Below, piece by piece: positions 59,747 to 64,000 of a stretch of DNA of 64,000 nucleotides (positions are counted from its first letter, which is position 1; every line of letters starts with the position of its first letter). The notes below the pieces were generated by a model that was given only the letters and a program-made list of their open reading frames with translations, did no database searches and was not told the DNA's origin. The translations under genes were made by a program, and so were the position numbers. The DNA comes from Bacteriovoracaceae bacterium (lineage in GTDB: Bacteria; Bdellovibrionota; Bacteriovoracia; Bacteriovoracales; Bacteriovoracaceae): assembly GCA_041586955.1 (NCBI GenBank), contig JBFGZE010000004.1, positions 28,942-92,941 on the forward strand, in the 5' to 3' direction.

Positions 59747-60763
59747 ATGAAGAAATTATTATTATTATTATTATTATTACTACTTAACGATCAATCTTTT
59801 GCAAAAAAGATCCGCCTCAAAGACCTTGTTCATGTAAAAGGAGTCAGGGAAAACCCCCTTATCGGCTATGGTTTAGTTATTGGCCTCAATGGTTCAGGCG
59901 ATGGAGGAGGAGAGATAATCGACACTTCCCTAAGAAGAATGTTTCAAAAACTAGGACTTAATCCGCAAAGAGAAATTGCTTCTAAAAATGTCGCCTCGGT
60001 CATTGTTACCGCCAAGCTTCCATCCTTTGGTCGAGTAGGTCAGAAACTTGATGTCACAGTCTCTTCAATCGGCAATGCAAGCTCTCTTGCGGGAGGAACC
60101 TTGCTTGTGACTCCCCTAAAAGGTGGGGATGGCAATATTTATGGTATTGCCACCGGACCACTATCCATTGGTGGGCTAGTCCAGGGTAGCGAATTCCCAA
60201 CCACAGGGCGAATTCCCAATGGCGGCACGATTGAAAAGGAACTTAATTTAAATTTTGATCAAAAGAAAGCTTTAAGGCTTGCTCTTAAAACACCTGATTT
60301 TACTAATTCTGCCCGTGTGGAGAAAACAATTAATGAGCAACTTGGCGGCAAATATGCCATCTCACGTGACTCCGCCACAATTGATTTAATTATTCCCACG
60401 TTCTACCAGCGAAAAGTCGTTAAGTTAATGGCGATTATCGAAAATATGGCCGTTAACATTGATGACAAAGCTCGTATCATTATTAACGAAAGAACCGGAA
60501 CAATTGTTTCAGGAGGGCAGGTCTCTCTTAGGCCAGTCGCAATCAGCCATGGAGACCTTAGTATCGAGGTAAAGGAAGATGGTGGGGGCAAAAACAAAAA
60601 GGGAGACAAACCCAGTAGGGTAATCTATATCAAAGAACAAACCACCCTTGGAGACCTGGTCAACAGCCTTAATGCTCTCGGCACTTCACCGGAAGACCTC
60701 ATCTCCATATTTCAAACACTTAAGAAGAATGGATCAATCATAGGTGATATAGAGTTTATATAA
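59747..60763 (+). CDS. flgI: Flagellar P-ring protein FlgI
   Basis: RLKDL, GVRENPLIGYGLVIGLNGSGD, SSLAGGTL, INERTGTIV. Confidence 0.96.
   Translation: MKKLLLLLLLLLLNDQSFAKKIRLKDLVHVKGVRENPLIGYGLVIGLNGSGDGGGEIIDTSLRRMFQKLGLNPQREIASKNVASVIVTAKLPSFGRVGQKLDVTVSSIGNASSLAGGTLLVTPLKGGDGNIYGIATGPLSIGGLVQGSEFPTTGRIPNGGTIEKELNLNFDQKKALRLALKTPDFTNSARVEKTINEQLGGKYAISRDSATIDLIIPTFYQRKVVKLMAIIENMAVNIDDKARIIINERTGTIVSGGQVSLRPVAISHGDLSIEVKEDGGGKNKKGDKPSRVIYIKEQTTLGDLVNSLNALGTSPEDLISIFQTLKKNGSIIGDIEFI
59756..59779 (+). repeat. (TTA)8 trinucleotide repeat in the FlgI signal peptide
   Basis: Eight consecutive TTA Leu codons after ATG-AAG-AAA. Confidence 0.9.
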
Positions 60764-60862
60764 TTTGACGTTTAATTCCCAACTAGCGGAATACGTCAAA
60801 TCCCGGTATAATCGAAAGGAAGAGGGTTTAAGGAATAAACCATTTTATGTCAGGAAGACAAT

Positions 60863-61276
60863 GTGAAATTAGATAATAATCTACCAAAATCGATCCCGTT
60901 GCATTCTCAATCTAAAAAGATTGACGATAAAAAGTTTATTCCCACTCCCTATAAAAAAATCGCCGAATCTATGGAGCAACAATTTGCTGAACATATGCTA
61001 GAGGAAATGAAAAAGTCTCTTGATAGTGGAGAGAATTCTACGGCATCCACGTATTATAAGAACCTTCTAAACAAAGAACAGGCCAAAGGTCTCGTCCATA
61101 ATTCTCAATTAGGTATTCAAGATATGATTCTCAATGATATCTATCCCAAGAGATTAAGAAACGAAATTACATATAATCATCAAGTAAAAAAATTAGTTCC
61201 TCAAAAAAATAGTATTTCAATGGGTCCAAAACAACCTATTAAAATGGCCACTCAAAGGGAGATCCATGATGAATAA
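60863..61276 (+). CDS. flgJ: FlgJ-like rod-binding protein (no muramidase domain)
   Basis: KKIAESMEQQFAEHMLEEMKKS...YYKNLL...LGIQDMI; position after flgI. Confidence 0.75.
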   Translation: MKLDNNLPKSIPLHSQSKKIDDKKFIPTPYKKIAESMEQQFAEHMLEEMKKSLDSGENSTASTYYKNLLNKEQAKGLVHNSQLGIQDMILNDIYPKRLRNEITYNHQVKKLVPQKNSISMGPKQPIKMATQREIHDE

Positions 61277-61592
61277 TAATGTTGAAGGAAATAAAACAAG
61301 ATCTAGCTTTTTCCCGAAATCAAAAATTAATCGGACACGGATCAAACAAGCCCTTTTACCACGTAATAATGAAGCCCGTAAGGCCGAGCTTAACAAAATT
61401 AGCGCCAAGGATTCAAAAGTTAATATCCCCGAAGCAGTTAAAGATTTTTCACGTATTAAAAAAGTCGTTGATAACTCTCCTGCTCCCGATAATACTAGCA
61501 AAATAGAGGCCTTAAAAAAACAGATTCAAAATGGAACCTATAATGTAAATTACGATGAACTCGCAGACAAAATACTTAAAGAACAATTCTAA
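61266..61592 (+). CDS. flgM: Anti-sigma28 factor FlgM
   Basis: KIEALKKQIQNGTYNVNYDELADKI. Confidence 0.88.
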   Translation: MMNNNVEGNKTRSSFFPKSKINRTRIKQALLPRNNEARKAELNKISAKDSKVNIPEAVKDFSRIKKVVDNSPAPDNTSKIEALKKQIQNGTYNVNYDELADKILKEQF

Positions 61593-61603
61593 AGGAAAAA
61601 AAG

Positions 61604-62104
61604 ATGCAAGATGAATTGAATGTATTTTATTTTCAAATTACTGATGTTTGGAAAAAATTATGTGAAGAACATAATCTACTTCTAGAGCGTACCTTCGACG
61701 AATATGAACTTCTTTTAAGTAATCGTATCGAAGAACTAGAAGTTAAGATTCAAGAGAAAGTTGCGATTATCGAAAGTATTAAGAACCTTGAAGGTATGCG
61801 ATCTGACCTCATCGAAAAAATAAATACCAAAAAAGAACTCTTCAAAATTAAAGATGACCTTAAAGATATCCATGAACTTGTAAAGCTCATGGAAATAATG
61901 CCACAAGAGAAGGAAAATCATCATCTTAGAAATTTTAATTCTCTACTAATTAGCATTATTGAAAAAATCCAAGATCAAAATAAGAAAAATCAGATTTTTA
62001 TTAATAAGGCAATTGTTTCCATTCAAAACCTAAAAACAGAAACTTTGGGGACACGATATGAAACATATAAAGCGAATGGCAGTAAATCTGCTTCGACTAG
62101 TTAA
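61604..62104 (+). CDS. flgN: Flagellar export chaperone FlgN
   Basis: Helical protein between flgM and flgK; QNKKNQIFI...Y..NG C-terminus. Confidence 0.75.
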   Translation: MQDELNVFYFQITDVWKKLCEEHNLLLERTFDEYELLLSNRIEELEVKIQEKVAIIESIKNLEGMRSDLIEKINTKKELFKIKDDLKDIHELVKLMEIMPQEKENHHLRNFNSLLISIIEKIQDQNKKNQIFINKAIVSIQNLKTETLGTRYETYKANGSKSASTS

Positions 62105-62115
62105 AGGAATATAAT

Positions 62116-63579
62116 TTGGCAAATTTGCTTAATATTGCGTCCACCGGCTTAAATGTCTCCAGGAAGGCCCTGGAAACGGATAGTCATAATATTGCGAATG
62201 TTAATACCGAAGGATATTCACGCCAAAGAGTTAACCAGCAATCAAATGAGCCCCATGCACGTAATGGTCTAATTCAAGGGACAGGGGCAAAAATCACAAG
62301 TATCACTCGCGCACACGATGCCTCGATCGAAAAACGTTTCCGGGCGAGCTTATCAGACCACGGCTACGATTCAAATCGTGCAATGCAGTTAGAACAAGTC
62401 GAAAATATGTTTCATGAAATAGATAAAGATGGCTTAAACAAAATTCTTAATAAGTTCTATAACTCATTTCGCGACTTGGCCAACCAGCCCGAAAACGAAA
62501 CAGTTCGCTCCGTCGTTCGTGATAACGCTCAGATTGTCATTCGTGATTTTAATCGAATACGCGGCTCTCTAGATAAACTGGCACGTAATATTGATTCTAA
62601 GCTTGTAGGTGAAATTGAAGACATAAACTCCACGTTGGAAGACGTTACTATCCTTAATAAAAAAATACGGACTCTGGAAGCTTTGGGTGATGAATCCGGT
62701 GATCTACGAGATCAAAGAGATCTTGCAGTTCAGGAATTAGCAAAGTCATTTAAAGTTCATACATATGAGGATAAACAAGGTAATTACGTTGTTCTAGCTA
62801 AAAACGTCGGCACCTTAGTAACTGGTGCTCATTATCAAGAGCTCGCAGTTGGAGGCACTACCAAATCAAAATCTAGCAATAATATGGATGGATCTACAGA
62901 AATTTACATTAAAGATCGTCCTAATCATCCGATTACAGACAAATTTCTAAAAGGCAGAATCAAGGCGCTTGGAGAAGCAAGAAACGAAGATATTCGCAAC
63001 TTGCAAGACCATATTGATCTTATCGCCTTTAATTTTTCAAAGTCAGTTAATGCTGTTCATAGGAATGGATATGTATCCCGTGAAATTCAAGTTGATGAAC
63101 AGGGTAACCCTGTGTCTCAAGATGAGAAGGGACAAACGACAGGAATCAATTTCTTCACAGAAATTGATTCTGTTCATGGTGCTGCCGAAAAATTAGATCT
63201 AAGTAAAGAGGTCAAAGAATCACTGACTAATATTACAACAGGAATTTCCCCTAATAGTCCAGGTGATAACCGTGTCGCTTTGGCCATTTCTAAATTACAA
63301 CATGAAAAAATAATGGACGAAGGACGGGCCACGCTCGAAGAGTTTTATTTGGAGTCTATTGGCAAAATCGGGCTCCAAGCTGGAAAAGCGAACCTTAATT
63401 TAGAGCAATCTGAGGGTTTATTAGCACAAGTTAAAAATATTAAAGAAAGGCTAAGTGGAGTGTCCCTAGATGAAGAAACGGCGAACCTAATTCGTCACCA
63501 ACACGCCTATGAAGCATCCGCAAAGGTTATGCAAACGGCTAATGAAATGTTTTCCACTGTTTTAAACATTAAGAGATAA
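62116..63579 (+). CDS. flgK: Hook-associated protein FlgK
   Basis: HNIANVNTEGYSRQ, DLRDQRD, SGVSLDEETANL; TTG start. Confidence 0.96.
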   Translation: MANLLNIASTGLNVSRKALETDSHNIANVNTEGYSRQRVNQQSNEPHARNGLIQGTGAKITSITRAHDASIEKRFRASLSDHGYDSNRAMQLEQVENMFHEIDKDGLNKILNKFYNSFRDLANQPENETVRSVVRDNAQIVIRDFNRIRGSLDKLARNIDSKLVGEIEDINSTLEDVTILNKKIRTLEALGDESGDLRDQRDLAVQELAKSFKVHTYEDKQGNYVVLAKNVGTLVTGAHYQELAVGGTTKSKSSNNMDGSTEIYIKDRPNHPITDKFLKGRIKALGEARNEDIRNLQDHIDLIAFNFSKSVNAVHRNGYVSREIQVDEQGNPVSQDEKGQTTGINFFTEIDSVHGAAEKLDLSKEVKESLTNITTGISPNSPGDNRVALAISKLQHEKIMDEGRATLEEFYLESIGKIGLQAGKANLNLEQSEGLLAQVKNIKERLSGVSLDEETANLIRHQHAYEASAKVMQTANEMFSTVLNIKR

Positions 63580-63581
63580 TA

Positions 63582-64000
63582 ATGACAAGGGTATCTGAAG
63601 GAAGCAATAAAGCATCTCTTAACTTTTCACTTAATAAAGTGAAAAAGAGACTTGAGGATTTACAACTCAAAGGCACCACCTTGAATAAAATTTCTCGTCC
63701 ATCAGATAATGCAATTAGCAATATTGAGGCCTTGGCCATTACATCTTTAAATGAAGATAATAAGCAATTCCAAAGAAATGCCGACTATGCCCTTCTTACT
63801 CTCGGAATTACCGAAAAGGCCATTTCGGGGTTGACTGATATCCTTAGTAAGGCCAAAGAGTTGGCCATCTCTCAATCTTCTGATTTTTACGATCACGAAA
63901 TTCGTAAAAATGTCGCTGCAGAAGTTCGCCAATTACACAAAGAGGCCATTTCTATAGCCAATAAAAGAGTGGGAACAAAATATGTCTTTTCAGGCTTTAA
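63582..64000 (+). CDS. flgL: Hook-associated protein FlgL, 3'-truncated by the window edge (not in the ORF track)
   Basis: Manual translation MTRVSEGS...ISRPSDN...KAKELAISQSS...ANKRVGTKYVFSGF; open to the window end. Confidence 0.92.
   Translation, partial: MTRVSEGSNKASLNFSLNKVKKRLEDLQLKGTTLNKISRPSDNAISNIEALAITSLNEDNKQFQRNADYALLTLGITEKAISGLTDILSKAKELAISQSSDFYDHEIRKNVAAEVRQLHKEAISIANKRVGTKYVFSGF

Overview
Core-genome window of an AT-rich Gram-negative bacterium (lpxC, flgH/flgI present). Gene content and order suggest a Bdellovibrionota/former deltaproteobacterial lineage, but that is inference only. Left to right: 5'-truncated speA; a minus-strand operon of acyl-CoA carboxylase (carboxyltransferase, biotin carboxylase, biotin carrier) plus hflK-hflC, preceded by a sigma54 activator with a PocR-like sensor; a TlpA-type thioredoxin; the large minus-strand translation/transcription cluster (tRNA-Thr/Tyr/Gly/Thr, tuf, tRNA-Trp, secE, nusG, rplKAJL, rpoBC, rpsLG, fusA, S10/spc/alpha operons, with no rpsD, rpmG or map); rlmB-like, proS, lpxC; a thioesterase/FecR-domain/beta-barrel trio; ruvCAB with an unannotated 58-aa membrane ORF; folD-gcvT-gcvH; orphan TonB, PBP1A, a degenerate patatin-like lipoprotein and xseB; and the flagellar operon flgFGAHIJMNK with 3'-truncated flgL. 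I saw no mobile elements, CRISPR arrays or rRNA. Most notable: FlgG appears to carry a cleavable Sec signal peptide; the str-operon EF-G has a degenerate domain IV and looks transcriptionally insulated; sigma28-like promoters precede the sigma54 activator and TonB; a GTCAA-N4-TTGAC-like box recurs; and a hairpin hides the carboxylase ribosome-binding site.
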